Shown here one piece after another: positions 12,160 through 26,640 of a stretch of 64,000 nucleotides of DNA. Every line of letters starts with the position of its first letter. Position 1 is the first letter of the stretch. A program made the translations under genes and the position numbers. The stretch is from Eledone cirrhosa. Its lineage: Eukaryota. Location of the stretch: contig OZ024740.1 in the NCBI GenBank assembly GCA_964016885.1, positions 248,000,001-248,064,000 of the forward strand, read 5' to 3'. A model generated the notes under the pieces. It was not told the origin of the DNA and made no database searches. It saw nothing but the letters and a program-made list of their open reading frames with translations.

Positions 12160-12710
12160 TCTGAATATTTCTTGGTTCAGCTTGCATCTGCACTCTTGGA
12201 TTATGGAATGTGTTAACTTATTTGATATTGCATCAAATATGTTGAGCGATTCTTAAGGAAAAGTATGAAACAATGGAAGACTGGACTGACAGCAAATGGG
12301 AGAGATTTAAGAACAATAGAAATCAAGAGAGGTTTATTCCACATTGTCACCACTGATGTTTGTACTGTGCCTGATACCATTGACAATGATTTTGAGAAAA
12401 GCTAAAGCTGGGTATGAATTCAAAGGTTGCCAGCAAAACATCAATCACTTATTATTAATGGACAACCTCAGCTTTATGGTATGAATGAACCTCAGCTTGG
12501 TTTCTCGTTGATACGGTATATACATTTAGTGCTGACATCAGAATGGTGTTCAGATTAAAAAAGTGTGGTGTATTAATCTTGAACAGAGGCAAAATTAAAA
12601 GAACTTAGGGATATTGGAAGTTGATAAGATAATGCAGGAGGAAATGAAAAAATTTAAGATGGAATACATGCATAAACTTATTTTCAAGTCGAAACCGAAT
12701 GGAGGGTACT
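12160..12710 (+). mobile_element. R4/Dong-like (RLE) non-LTR RT fragment
   Basis: Degenerate RT: IEIKRG, INHLLLMD.L, FRLKKCGVL. Confidence 0.6.
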
Positions 12711-12799
12711 CACAAAATAAGGCGTGTTACCTCAGTTCACTGGTAGTGAACAGCTAACACTGTAATACATCTCCAATGTTAGAAGCTGAGCGAAGAAAC

Positions 12800-15700
12800 A
12801 ACAACAATAACAATAATAATGATTTCTTTAATAACCACAAGGGTTAACATCAAGAAATAATTTTCAGTGCAGGACGAAAACATAGAATGTGTTTGTGCGT
12901 GGATTTTGCTAGTAAACAAATTTAACAATGTTAAAAAGAAAAATAATGATAAAATTAAAACAAAGGGGATTCTTCAATAGGGAAAAGATGTTCGAGGGTT
13001 AATTGTGGAAAAAACCCATAAAACCACGGGTGCTCTGATCTCTAGCGTAAGTGCCCCCTGTTCCAGTTGTTATCCAATCTACAGGCTCACACTCAGTGTG
13101 GGCCCATTCACTTGGGCTATGCTCACCCCTCTCACTCACCTTTCAACAAATTGCTTTGAAGGCAGCACTTCCCTCTCCAACCTGATTTCCCTCTTCAAGT
13201 GAAACCTGAAGAAGTTAATCAGGACTTAGCTGAAGAGGAAAGTGCTAGTTTTCAACCCTTTTAGACATGTCCAGATACAACCCCTTTTGCCATGGCAGAT
13301 AAAAATAGCCTACCCTTCCTGACAAAAATAAGGCAGCAGGGTAATCTTCACATGCGACTGCAGGTGTTTAACATAAACCCACAAGTCAGCAATGCTCAGA
13401 CACTGAATGAGTGTGTGCAGAACGGTTTTGACACCCTACATGCATCTTAGACAGGCTCAGCTGATGGCACTTCCATGCCTAGAGTTTCCCTAAGCATGTT
13501 ATCGATTTCATCCACCACTAACCTTCTATAGAACATCAAGGTGGAGTTTCCACCTATCAGGCTGCCCAATTGGCAGAGGGCTCTGAGAGCCTGAAGACAT
13601 TCCAGTTTCCAAGCCCCCCCCCCCCCCCCCCATGATTTGTATCTTGTGCAGCCAGTCATTGCCTCCCGTATTTCAGCAACTGTTATTGGCTTTTCACAAC
13701 ACTTCACCTTCTGTTGCCAACAGCTGCATGTCAAGATAGGTGGTGAAGTACATCTCGCGATCTGGCCCGCTGCTGCTCATGAACAGTTCGGCAATGTGGT
13801 GCTGAAAAGCCACACACATCTGTTTGTTTACTCTATTGCTAAACCTTATCGATTCTGCTGTAATTGCCCTTGTTGTTGACGATTGCCCCTATCAATGCCA
13901 GCTTAACAAATTCACTAATCTTGTCTCTGCAAGCTTTACACGCTGGGAATGTGGCGTTCACCTTCCAGTAACCGAGTCCTTGCCTATGGAGCCTACCTAG
14001 ATCTACTACACATGTCATAAATTTGTTGTCTATGTATTCGACTATTTTAAATTGTGGACAACCTACGTTATCATTGTCTTCTTCCCTACAGAATACCCTA
14101 TCTAGATATGATCTGGCTGACATGATGTGATCTGGTCATGTCCACATTGGTGCTTCAGGAAATCAAGTCAGTATCTTTCGGACAGTTAGAAGCATCTGAG
14201 CAGGATTGAAAGGCTTTTACACCCTCCTTTCCTATCCAATATTCCCACATAATCCCAGCGTGCATCTAAGGTACCATTCGAGTCGCCTACTAAGACTAAA
14301 AAGCAAGATGTTCCGAGAATGGTTTCCAGGTGTCGGAAGTACACCTGCCCCTGTCGGAGCATAAACAGCTACTAACCTGAAGGCATGCCCTTCACTGCTG
14401 GTCACATCCATCACCACCGACTTACTTTCTGGGTTCAGGAAGATGGTCTATATTGCGAGATCCAGGACTTTCCGGAACAAGGGCTTGGATATGCATACAC
14501 CTCATAGCCGCCAGAAATGGGTACGAAGGTTCATGCGTCTAAAACTCTTGTCTTGCTAATGGCCACCACATCTATATCCAGTGACCTGAGGTCGTTGAGC
14601 AAGTGGCCCTTCTTCCAAGATGACCCAGGCCATGTGCATTCATAATAACTATCTTGAGAGAGGCCATGATCGATTAAGCGGAGGAGAAAGTGGGAAAAGC
14701 CACTTAACTTAGATTTTGAGGAAGGGCGGTTGTTCTATCCTTCCAGTTGTTTGTTGGCTCAAGAGCCAAAATGTCACTGTAGATTCTTTTGGGGAGCATT
14801 CCTCTGAAGTTTCTAAATGAATCTGGAAATTCACATTTTAAATGTGTGTAGCAATCTTTGCGTTATTTTTATAATTTGTATGTTTGTGGGTAATGCTATT
14901 TTTTTTCTTGTTTTACGAAATCTTTTTGTGTAATTGTGGTGTAAGTAATTTTAAAACTTTGTATTGTTTGAGTTTATTGCTTGATGTTTGTATCTTTTTG
15001 TTGTTGCGGATGTGGGTTAGGTTTTATTTGGGATGTTGTTAGAATGTGTAGTAACTGTTGTGCTGCTGATGGTAAGTGGTGTTGGTGATGTAGGTGTTTG
15101 TGGTGGGGATGTAGGTGTAAGTGTTTTTTTCCTTTTGACTTTTAAGATTTTTATGTCTTTTTTGGAGGGCAAAGACAGGGAGTTTTTCTTTTTTTTTTGG
15201 TTCTTTTTGGAGCAGACTGTTTGCCATTCCTCAGCTTTATCAGAATTTAAGTCTGACTGTGTGATGTCAGGGAGTGGCATGTCCTCGATGGGCATTGTTG
15301 TTGTTGCTGATGGTGTTAGTTCTGCTGGTGTTATTGTTAATGGTGTTGCTGTTTTGCTTGATTTTGTTGCTGCTACGAGTGTTGGTTTTGCTGTTTTTCT
15401 TGGTGATGTTATCAGGATTTTGGTAGTTGTTGTTGGTGAGGTTTTTGGTTGTAGGTAGGAGCGAAGGTTTTCTTTTCTTTCCTTTTAGCAGAAAGCTCTC
15501 AGGTGGTTTGTGGAAAGACAAATGTGACATCTGGTTTTCCTCTCTTCCACTAAGACTGGTAGAATTATACCAACTGGAAGATGTATTTGGTTGTAGATGG
15601 CATCTACATTCCTTTGTGTTGTTTGCACAAGGATTTAAACTCCCATTCCTGAACAATTCTCTTTGTTAGTCTGGTAGACCTTGAGGATTTTCGAATTTTT

Positions 15701-16700
15701 CTCATTGCCTACTGTGATTACAGCTATTAGCTGAGGAATGGCTATTTCCGGTGATATTTGTGAAATTTGGATCCTTACTAGTTGCATTCCGCTGTAAAAT
15801 AAGACAAACAGGATCTCAACACTCTGTAGTGGCTTCAGGGAGTGAGATCTTGCCTCTTCCTCTGTTGTAAATCTCACCTCCACTGTGCCAAAATTCTTGC
15901 CTCTTTGTATATAAGTTTTTAAGTTTCATACAGAACCCAAAGCCTTCTGAATTTGAGCCTCTGTGGCTCTCTCTATCTTCCTTGTTTTTTTAATTGTTTT
16001 GACAGGGGTCTTGAGGCTAACAATAAGACCATTCATTTCTACAAGGCTCTTGGCTTCATTTGTATTTCATCTTTAGAAAGGCTTAGTTTCCTGAAAGACA
16101 ACTTGATGGTTCTAGCCAAAGAAGCTTTGGCAATACTATTAACTGGTGTGTTAATTGGTTCGTTTTTGTTGTTGTTGCTCTTATTGTTGTTGATGCTGTT
16201 GTCATTTTCATTGTTATTGTATTTTTTCAATTTTATCGCTGTTATTTTCACTCTTGTTTTCATTTTTATCATTGTTGTTTTCATTGATGTTGCTGTTGGT
16301 ATTGTTGTTATTCTTGTTGGATGTGTTCCAATATTCTTTGTGTGTTTAAAACCCTATTATTTAAAATAATATGGTTTTGTTTTCTTTTTAAATCTGTCTC
16401 CATTATAGAAACACTGTCTTCTTCACTTTTCGTTTCAATTTGTGACAGCAACCCTCTCTTTCTTTATGAGACCTTTTGCTGCATTTTCCATACTCTGTAT
16501 CAGAATCCATATTTATAAATTTTGAAAACATTTTTTAAAACTATGGGGCTGTTGCATCAACACGACTGACCCACTTGTGAGAAACAGGTCAGTTGCTTCA
16601 AGTTTAAAACTTGAACAAAAGGTTAGAGACAGTCAAAATAAACAAAAATAATATAAACTTTATGGCGCTGGTGTGAAACGTGGCTTCAACCTCAATAGTC
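12800..16700 (-). mobile_element. Degenerate full-span Tx1 LINE (ORF1 and ORF2 remnants)
   Basis: SYLDRVFCRE, FRLVAVYAPTG, LPDITQSD, N-rich ORF1; (ATT)n tail. Confidence 0.85.
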
Positions 16701-16705
16701 AAAAA

Positions 16706-19700
16706 GAATAATAATAATGATGAGTTCTTTTTATTTGCTACAAGGGCCAACAAAAGATGAACAATACAAAGAACAGTGGAAGTGGAGGTTTACATTGAAA
16801 TCAAGTAAAATATATAAATAACAGATAACAATGAACAACAAAATTTATAACAATGAACATTCTACAATAGGAGGAAGGGCCACCTAGGGGTCACTTAGGA
16901 TGCTCCAAGAATACCCTAGGAAGATGCCCCTCTCCAAATCAGCCAGCCTATAGGCGCATGCTCAGAGTAGGGCTATTCACACAGGCCATCTTCGCAACAT
17001 TCACCCACCTTTTAACAAATTTAGTGGGGGAGGGGGACTTCCCCTTCTACCCTCACTTTCCTTTCCAAGTGAAACTTGAAAAAGTTGATGACGGATTGGC
17101 CAAAGATGAAAGTGTCTGTCAGTAATGTACCCTGCTAGCACTGCCAAGCGAGGGATTCCTGGAAGTTATCCATATTCCCTGGCTCAAAAGTCCTCCTAAA
17201 CAGACAAGTCAGTTCAATTTCATGGATGCCCAGAGCTTCTCCAAGAGTGCCGTCACGCTTGCCCACCATTAATCCTCAATAGAACTCTAGAGAGGAAGTT
17301 CCACTGACCATAATGCCCAACTGGCAGAGAGCAGTGAGCGCCTGGCAACATTTCAGATGCCTGGCATCCAGTCTCAGTCTTATTGATCCAGGACTGCAGT
17401 TGAGTCAAAAAGACACCTGTCTCACAAACACCTGTTCACCATTTCAGAATATTTGAAGATGCCATAGCCTTAATGCATGTTTGCACATCATCAGCCACAG
17501 CATGCCCAGTCCTCTGTTTAGAAGGTTCTGGCAGCAGATGGAGCTCCTCAAGAAGTTGAAAAGCAGATATTCCAATTTGGTGAGGTGCAAGAGGAGGGAA
17601 GGCACAATGGTCAGGTAGTAATAGATGACAGATGCGATGTACATGTTTGCCACCTCTGCCCAACCTTTCAGGGATAGCTTCCTCTCAGCCTATTTTTGCA
17701 TAAGAGTGGTCATCCTGCTCATTATCTCGTCCCAGTACTTCACTTGTCTGTCTGTCCAGTATCCAATGATGCTGTTGATCGGCATGGATTTGCCTCTCCA
17801 GATGCTGAGCTGCAAACCGACTAACTTTTCCGGGTTCAGTTTTGCTCTCAACAACTTTTCATATTTTTCTAAGAAGGAGCCAACCACTTTGATTTCCAAG
17901 GTGTTCGACACCATCATGGTAATGCAGCTATTCCACATCCTGGTTCGAAAGGGATCCCCTGCAACAGCTTCAGTTTCCACAGTAAAAGCTTGAGAGTCAA
18001 TACATATAGAAGGGATGATCATGCAATCTGAAATGGTTCCAAAAGGTGGCCTTTTACTTTGACCACCGAGCAGATGCCGCTGTGCATTGCAGCAATCCTG
18101 CCTCTGATGATGGGACCGAAGCCAGCTGCCTTGAGAACAGCCTTCATGTATCAATGGTCGACCCTATTGAAAGATTGATCTATATAGCCCCACCAAAGCC
18201 AGGTTTACTCCCTCGACAACAAGTGCCAAGCTCTTCGCTAACACCTTGGCCAAAATCTTAAACTCTGTGTTTAACAGAGTTATGGGCCTGAAATTGTCTA
18301 AAGTATTCTTGTTCTTATCTTTCCTCAGTACTGTTACTATGCCCCAACTCACAGAACTGGGAATACTCCTGTACTACTTCCAATTGTAGTAGACAGCTTC
18401 GATGAGATCGGAGAACAAGCCTGGCATATCTACATAAAACTTGTTGAACAGACAATCCAAACTGGGAGACTTGGTAGTCGTGGTTGTGCAAGTTTTCTTT
18501 TATTTGCTGGTGCTGGTGTTGTTGTGGATGTGTCTGTATTTTCTGTTGTGTATGTGTGATGTTAGAGGTTTTTTTCCTTTTTCTTGTGTTTGCATTTTAG
18601 TTTCTTGGTTCTTTGCAGTTGTCCCTCATTTTCGCTATGAGAAGATGGGGTCTTTGTGTCTGTTTCAGATGTTGGTGGATGTGTTTGTGTTTGTGTGGAT
18701 GTTTATGTGTGTATTTGATTTGTTGTTTGGGGAAGGGAGTGGGAGAGCTTTTGTCACCTTTTGTCACCTTCTGTCACCTTTTGTCACCTTCTCCTTGGGT
18801 GGTGGAATATGAGTTTGTATTTGTTGTTGTTGGCAGTGGTTTAGCTGCTGCTGATGCAAGTCTTGTTGATTTGGTTCTAGTTGCCAGTGATGGAGTTGTT
18901 AGTGCTGTGTTTTTCTAAGACACTGGTGTTGGCAACAATGGGGTTCTGCAGCCTCTTACAACTTTTAGCTGAGGACAAAAGGCTTGCAGATAAGTGGATT
19001 CCAACATGTTGGTCCAACATGCAGGAAACCACCGAATGCTTGATAGTAAGGGCCTCAGTTTTAAAAAGCACCAAGATGCTCCCAACTTCCTTGGTTCTTG
19101 TTATATGCTCAATATCCTTTCAGATGCTCTTTAATGCTGCCCCTGCTTTGCAAGAGTACACTCCAATGCATCTGTATTTGTGCGTTCTTTCTGTCACTGC
19201 CAACACCTCTGCTGGAACGTTTAGGTTGGCCCAGGTTATTTTCTCTAGCTATGATTTTAGCTGCCTGAACTAAATGAGCTTTCTTATCAGAAATGTCCAT
19301 TGTGTACAGAGTTTGTGCTTTTTCAGATGTGGCTGCAAAATAAATCTTGTTGTTGTTATTGTTGTTCACGTTGCTACTGGCGTTGTTAACGTTATGTTTG
19401 CTGGTATTTTTCTTTTCACTGTGGCTATTGTTGTTAGTGATGTCATTGTTGTTGGAGCTGGTGGTGTGATTTGTTTTGCTGCTGTTGTCACTGTTGCCAT
19501 TGCTTCTGCTGTTTTCCATTTCTTTGTTGCTGTTGGTGTTGTCATTCTTGTCACTGTTCTTCTGTGATATCTCCATGTTTGAGTTTGACAATGAAAATAA
19601 ATAAAAGTCTGCTGGCAGACAATTGCAATAGGAGTGTCTTTTAACATAAAACACTGTATCTGCACGAAGCAGAATGACTTAACTGAACTTTTATTAAGTT

Positions 19701-19720
19701 TAAAAAATAATAATTAGCCT
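16706..19720 (-). mobile_element. Older Tx1 LINE, head-to-tail with the previous copy
   Basis: NFRPITLLNTEFKILAKVLAK, KLVGLQL; N-rich ORF1 remnant 19109-19654; (ATT)n tail at ~16706. Confidence 0.78.
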
Positions 19721-19949
19721 GAACAACATCACGGATGCCGACAATGAAACTCCCACAAGATGTGAAATAAATCAGACACCATCAATGAAACAATAGTAAA
19801 TATAGCCAGAAAACAAAGAAGAACCAAGAAACCCTACCAAAAATATATCTTATTTATGGACTGTCCCTATCATATAAACATCTTTGTTAACACTTGAACC
19901 ATGTGCAAAAATGCAACAAGTTTTAAAACAACCACAACACGAGGAGTTT

Positions 19950-20910
19950 TCAACCAAAACAAAAACGAAAGGAAGGAAAAAACAATCAAACATCAGAAAA
20001 AGGAATACTGACACATGTAAGTAACATAAAAGTTACTGATTGTATAACAGGTGCTTATATTGTAAATGTAGTGAAATATGTATACAAAGAGATCATATAG
20101 ATATACGAATGTTTGTTCTTTGAAGAAAAAAATTGTATGAAGGCTGATGTGTGCATAAACACACAATTTAGAAGAACAAAGACAAATATACAACAAAAAT
20201 GATAACATTCTAAATGATGGGCTGGGCTTTACTCCTCAAGTGCCCCCAATAAAATCAAAAAGACACAAATGGGCACATAAAGAATATGCTTCGATTCTAC
20301 ACACATTTTACAGCAGTACTACACCCTAAAAATGAAAACACAACACACTTATAAAATTTTTGGAAAAATATAACACACACTCTAATTTAAAATTTGACCC
20401 CAACAAACTAGAAAATTTAAGGAGATACATATTAAAAACAAAAAAAAAATCAGACATGGAAATAGAGCACCTAAAAGAACAAATACACAATGAAAACATA
20501 AATAACAAAAACAAAACAACTAACGTAAATATATTGAGAATTTAAAACATGAAAACAAAATACCAACATACTCAAACCAGATAAAGTAAACAAAACAATA
20601 AACGCAACACCAAAAGACGTACAGATTCAGGACGACACAAGCAAAAATACAAATGAAAAGAATTATAAAGAGAAAGACCACAACAGGATAAATCTAGAAA
20701 TAATCCAGGAACTCCAAACAATAGAAGACCTCCTTATGGAACAAAGAATACACCTCCCAAAGATAAAAAGTAATAATAAAATAACAAAAATTATTAAAAA
20801 ACGCAAAAAATGATAAACTTAATAAGCACGAATAAAAACATTACTACCACAAAGCTAAATAATATAATATATGCAACAGCCACTGCTGTTATGAAAGAAA
20901 GTGGGTACAC
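19950..20910 (+). mobile_element. Probable N-terminal remnant of an R4/Dong-like non-LTR element
   Basis: A-rich degenerate coding sequence (LNNIIYATATAVMKESG); related C-terminal parts occur downstream. Confidence 0.45.
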
Positions 20911-20919
20911 CAATAGGTC

Positions 20920-23860
20920 TATATGGGGTTAGGGAGCTGGAAGTGCAGGGGAAGCCTTGCCAGAAGTGAGGAGCCAGTAACGTCACATTGGAAGTGCAGG
21001 TTCGGTCTCTCTCTTGGTCCATGTGCTACAGCCAAGTGTGGATTATTTGTGATGACTAGTGTAAATGAGTGCGAGTTTTGCTATGTTCTCTGATCAGACA
21101 CAAAACAGGTGAACATCGCACAGGGAGATTCAATCAGGACATGAGTGGAGATGCAAAGGTAGGTCACTTCGTTTCTGATGACAAGCTATTTTGACAGCGC
21201 TTTTTTTTTTAAATTTATTTTCTCTAACTAACAGAAGATATGGCGACAAAGATAAGAATCAGTAGTAATGCAATTAAAGCCTTCAGCAGTGAGAGAGATG
21301 TTATTGCCTGGATTAGGAAGATAAAATTGGTCACTGCATTACAAGGGAACGAAAATGTGGAAAGCCTCTTGGTGCTGCACCTTAATGGGTAACACACTGA
21401 CATTGTACCTCGAAATGGACCAAGCAGACCAACTGAATGTAGAGAAGATTGAGCAGCACCTCAAGGAGGCATTCACTGAGGGATCGTATGCTGCTTTCAC
21501 CAAACTAGGAAAAGTAAGGTGGATAGGAGAGCAGGTGGACGTGTTTCCAGAGGTTGGCTACACTAGCTAAATTTGCAGGAGAAAACTCAGAAAGGAATGT
21601 GCGGCTGACATTCATGAATGGTTTCCTTGATGAAATTTCGGTGAGGATCCAACTGTCTGGCAACAACAAAATGTTATTGAGTGAGCTGATCACACAGGCC
21701 TGCATGGTAACACGAGGTGTAGAGTGGAATGTTGTGGCATTAGCAGCGTCAGAAGCCTATAGCATTCGACAACGAACAAGAGAAGAGCCCCCATGAAAAG
21801 TCGATTAGTGCTTTAGGTGTCAGGGTCCACACAGGGCAAGGGACTACAAGAAGCTGAAGCCTAAAATGATATGCTACCGATGTAAACGGCCAGGCAACAT
21901 TGCCAACAACTGCAATCAGAGAAACAGTCAAAGGGAAGTTACAGTGTTGGTAGCTACCCATGGAAGCAAGTAGAGACACTCCTGCAGTTGCTGCCCATAG
22001 GGTAGGTTGGGGGAGGAGCTGTCAAGAGCCCTTGTGGACACAAGCTACACAACAACCTTAGTGACCTCTAAAGTGGTTTAAAAGTGGAGCAGGATGAGTA
22101 GTATAAGAGCAGTCGATGGCAGAGAGATTAGATGCAGAAGTAGCAGTGAGGTGGAGATAGTGGTACAAGGAATAAAAATAAAGCTGCAACTGATCGTGAT
22201 CAACCATGTGGTGGATGGAATTGATGTAGTAGTAGGAATGGATGCGATTGGCCACTTAGTGGGCGTTACAGTGAGTGAGTATGGGGTAGCATGGGAATAC
22301 TATGCGCTGTGAGTGTGCAACAGAGGAACAGGGAGAGCCAATAAAGAAAAATATGCTGTTCAAATCATTCAAGATAAGGATTTATGGGCTGTGTGTGAAG
22401 GTCAGCAGAGGATAGTTAAGTGGTACTGGAAAGGAGAGCCTCTGACATTGAAGAACAGAGTGAGCTGCTATCAGCATACCCTGAAAGGGGATACTAGGAG
22501 TGTGAAGTGCAAAGACAGATCGAGGAAGGCATATTAATCCCTTGAAAGAGGAGATAAAGAACAGGGCAGTAGTGTAGCCAATAAAGAACACGGTCAGGCT
22601 GGTGCTGAACTTTCATGAACTGAATTAACACGTGTCATGCTACACAGGCAGCAAGGTTACAGATGTCTGTAGAGAAATCTTGTGAGAGTGGAGACAAATT
22701 GTTGATTCAAAGTTGGCATATCTGCAGCTACATGTAGCTGAGAAACTGGCAGTATCAGCTGGTTACAGGCTGGGGTTCGGGTTGAATTTGGCACCAAAGA
22801 TCAAGGCCATTCTGGGAAAAATGAAGATGGCCACCAATTCCTACATTGACGATATCTTGATAGATGAGACTGTGGTATCGGCAACAGAGGTCTCAAGCCA
22901 CCTAAAAAGGGTCGGGTTAACTGCAAAACTGCAGATGGAAGGAGGAGCTGCCCTGAAACTCGGGCTGCGAAGAGATAAGACAGGCACATTGATATTTCAG
23001 AGGGGAAATGAAGTCCCAGATCTGGGCACCGGCATGGATAGATGAAAACTTTTCTCAATGTGTGGGATATTGGTGGACCACTATCCAATTGCAGGGTGGC
23101 TCCGAACAGCATGCAGCTATGCGGGGAAAGCTGGGGAGACAGGGTAGGAGAGAAGATGGTGACCATGATGCAGGAGATCAGAGTGGGTAAAAGCAGAGAA
23201 CCCAGTAAGAGGAAGCTGGTATGTATCCAAATTGGAGAACCAGACCATATAGTGTGACACCAGGAACATAAAGCTAGGAGTCATTTTGTAAATAAGGGAT
23301 ATCAAGGACAAGGACCCAGCCTGGCTTAGAAAGAAGGACTGCAACCACATCAAAGTGGCCAAATTGGATGGCGACTTTGAAGGGAGTGAATTTCACTCTG
23401 AGATGGGGGCTGCACACTATAGAAATTCATACTGATTTAGCTACTGTACTTGGATGAGTGAGATCAGTGCTTACCAGTGAACAAACAGGGCGGCAGAGAT
23501 GCTAATAAAGTGCCACCTGGGAAATCTAGGAGAGCTGGCTGCTGAGTTTGGCCTGAAATTGAGTGTGATCTTTTTACCCTCAGAAAGAAATAAGGTGGAC
23601 ATCCTAAACAGGGTGATGAAAGCCTCACAGGAAGCCCCTGAGGATTCAGAAAAGGGGATAGCTGTTGTGTGTCGGCTGAGTGACTCGGAGTTGAGGTGGT
23701 TGTATACTATGCATCATATGGGAGTGGATAGGACCCTGCTCCTAGCCAGGAAAGTCAACTCCGACATTACCAGACAGAATGTCTAGAAAGTGGTCAGGAG
23801 TTGCAACAGATGTTAGTCTATCGACCCCTGCCCGAGGCACCAAGACGTGCACAAGATGGG
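20920..23860 (+). mobile_element. Degenerate Ty3/Gypsy LTR retrotransposon (gag-PR-RT-RH-partial IN), 3' part lost
   Basis: Gag knuckle (CYRCK), protease ALVDT, RT YIDDIL, integrase HHMGVDRTL..C..C. Confidence 0.82.
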
Positions 23861-24009
23861 TAAGTAAGCTACAGTTTTAATATTCTTATTACGAAGTCAG
23901 CAGATGGTCTGCCAGAACACACTTAATTTTCTGATCTGGAGTCAGAATCCAGCTTAACCCCAAAGTCTTCCCATGTCTTAAACTTGGATGCCTTTACTGT
24001 ATCTATGAA

Positions 24010-24280
24010 AGTGTATAGCCTGGTGGTAAGGGTGTTGGACTTATGACCATAATGTTGTGGGTTCAATTCCTGAACTGGGTTGTGTGTTGTGTTCTTGGGC
24101 AAAACACTTCATTTCAGGTTGCTCCAGCATACTCAACTGAAAATGAATACCAGCAATAGCTGGGAGTTTAACCCTGCGATGGACTGGCGTTCTGTACAGG
24201 GAGGAGTATTGTACTCTCAGTCGTTTAATGTCATGGAAACAGAGGTTTCCAATTGTTCGGATGGCATTTTTTAGCTCTTG
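24010..24280 (+). mobile_element. tRNA-derived SINE, second family
   Basis: TAGCCTGGTGGTAAG A box, GGTTCAATTCC B box, TTCTTGGGCAAAACACTT core, CCCTGCGATGGACTGGCG. Confidence 0.72.
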
Positions 24281-24289
24281 ATTGAACTA

Positions 24290-25652
24290 AGATCAGCAAA
24301 TAAAGCATTCTGGCAGACCATCTGCCAACTTCGTAATAAGAAGCCCTCCTCCACACCTGCTGTCAAGAATATGTCTGGTGTTCTCCTCTCTTCAAAGAGG
24401 TGCATCCTTGGGAGTGGTGACTAATCTCTTAGAGGCTAAGGTTAAAGAGCTCAAATGTGGCAAGGCCCTGGGGAAGATGAAATCTGGCCAGAGATGTTAA
24501 AAGCCTTAAATAGAGAAGGTATTCACAAGCTGACTTGTGTGTGCTAGGTGGCCTGGATCTCTGGAAAGGCATCTAAGCAATGGCAATCAGGAGTGATAAT
24601 TCTAATTTTCAAAAAGGGAAACCAGAGAGATTGTTCTAATTACGGAGTGATCTCCTTGTTAAGCCTCCTAGGCAAAGTCTATGCTAAATGTCTGGCAAAG
24701 AGATGCAGGAAGATTGAAGAGTTCAAGCTAGCTGATGAACAGTGTGGTTTTAACACCAGAGGCAGCACAGAGGACCAAATATTCACACTGCAGCAGGTCT
24801 TCGAGAAATCGTGGGAATATTGCTAAGAAGTATATTCTTGTTTTGACGGCCTTGAAAAGGCAAATGACCGCATTCCTCGGGACCTACTGTGGAAGGTTCT
24901 GCAGAAGTATGGTACCGCTGCCCTGATGTCTCGATACGAATGCCCGAGTATTTGTGTTTGGATAAATGGTGCTAAATCCAAACCATTCAATGTGGGAGTC
25001 GGACTCCACCAAGGGTACGTACTGTCACCTCTCCTGTTCATTATTTACATGAACAGAATTGACATGCAGAGCCAGGTTGGAAGTGATATCATGACTGGTG
25101 GGTGCAAAATCAGTTGGCTGGATTTGCAGATGACATGGTATTAACTCAAGAGAATGTGATCTCTGACTTGCATTTGATAGGTTTGATGCCGAGATCTGCA
25201 TGGCTGGAATGAAAATCAGAGCTGTGAAAACTGAGACATTCGTCCACTAAAGGAAGCCTGCACAATGCACTCTACATGTCAATGGAGTTTCACTGAAGCA
25301 GGTAGAGATGTTCAAGAATATAGGGGCTGTGTTCACGAGTGATGGAAGGAAGGAGGCTGAATTAAGTGCAGGAGCTGGTACAGTAATGCGCTGACTTCAG
25401 CATTCAGTAATCAGAAGAGAGGTAGGTGTAAAAGCCAAACTCACTTTCTTCAATTCAGTATTCGTGCCAACCTTTACCTATGGCCATAAATCTTGAGTAG
25501 AAGAAAACGATCGCGAATACAAGCGGCCAAAATGGGGTTCCTCCAAAGGGTCTTCGGAGTAATGTTACTCGATAGAGTGCGTAGCTCGAAGATCATAGAG
25601 TTGCTCCAGGTAAAGCCACTACTTCTCTGAACTGAGAGATCACAGTTCTGGG
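24290..25652 (+). mobile_element. RTE-clade LINE fragment (family 2, RT region)
   Basis: FKKGNQRDCSNYGVISLLS, GLHQGYVLSPLLFIIYM. Confidence 0.85.
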
Positions 25653-25699
25653 AGAAGAAAAAGAAGGAGGAGGAGGAGCAAAAGAAGAAGAAGAAAGAT

Positions 25700-26640
25700 T
25701 ATACCAACCACGAACACACGGAAAAGGGGGCTCTATGCAACTAGTAAACTAACTAGTTGGACAACACAATTATCTAATAAAGAACAAATGAAAGTTAATA
25801 GAAATAGCTACAAAACAAAAAAAACTGTTCTCGGTCTTCAAAGAGGCCAACAAATTCAAAGCAGAAATCAGATTAACAGATAACTGTGAGGAAAATGAAA
25901 ACAAACCTCCAGACTGCCATGTTAAAATGATGGCAAGAAAAACCCTTACATGGGCAATACCTGAAAAGGATGTAGACAAGCCAAATACATAAAACTGGCA
26001 ACAAAGTACTGGACTAAAAGCCGAGACGGAAGGATTTCTAGTTGCAACACAAGATCCCCCCACCCCCACCCTCCCACACACACACACACACACCAGAAAA
26101 CACCAGAAGTACATAATGAAGCAGAACATAGTAAGTAAGTGCAGAATATGTGGAGGTGGGTGAGAAACAATTAACCACATTATATCTGGCTGTCCAGTCT
26201 TAACCAAAAAGAAATATATCCACAGACATGATAGATTTGGGATTTACATACACAGTAAGTTATGCAAACACTATGAAATACCAACAGAAAAGGTGTCAGG
26301 GAATGACAAAGCAACCATACTCTGGGATATACTGATACAAACAAACAGGGAGATCAAAGCCAACCATCTGGATATTATAGTCAAAGGCCACAAAGAAAAA
26401 AATGCCTTCAATCCCCACAGACAATATATCTACTAAAGAATTGGAGAAATTATCCAAATATAGAGATCTAGAGATAGAAATAACCCGAATGTAAATGATG
26501 AAAACAGAAACAATTCCTATAATAATAAGTACTCTGGGAATGGTAAAAAAAAACACACACAAATATATACAGCTTACAAAAAATAGCACTACTAGGTACT
26601 GCACACATATTACGAAAAGTACTCTCAATACAATAGAAAC
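25700..26640 (+). mobile_element. R4/Dong-like element C-terminus (CCHC + restriction-like endonuclease)
   Basis: CRICGG..ETINHIISGCPVL, HRHD, ILWDI.IQT.REIKAN..DII. Confidence 0.8.

Noticed and set aside
18100-18125. CTGATGA...GAAG motif (also 48667-48685)
   Set aside because: No GAAA or stem III; lies inside TE coding remnants, so likely chance.
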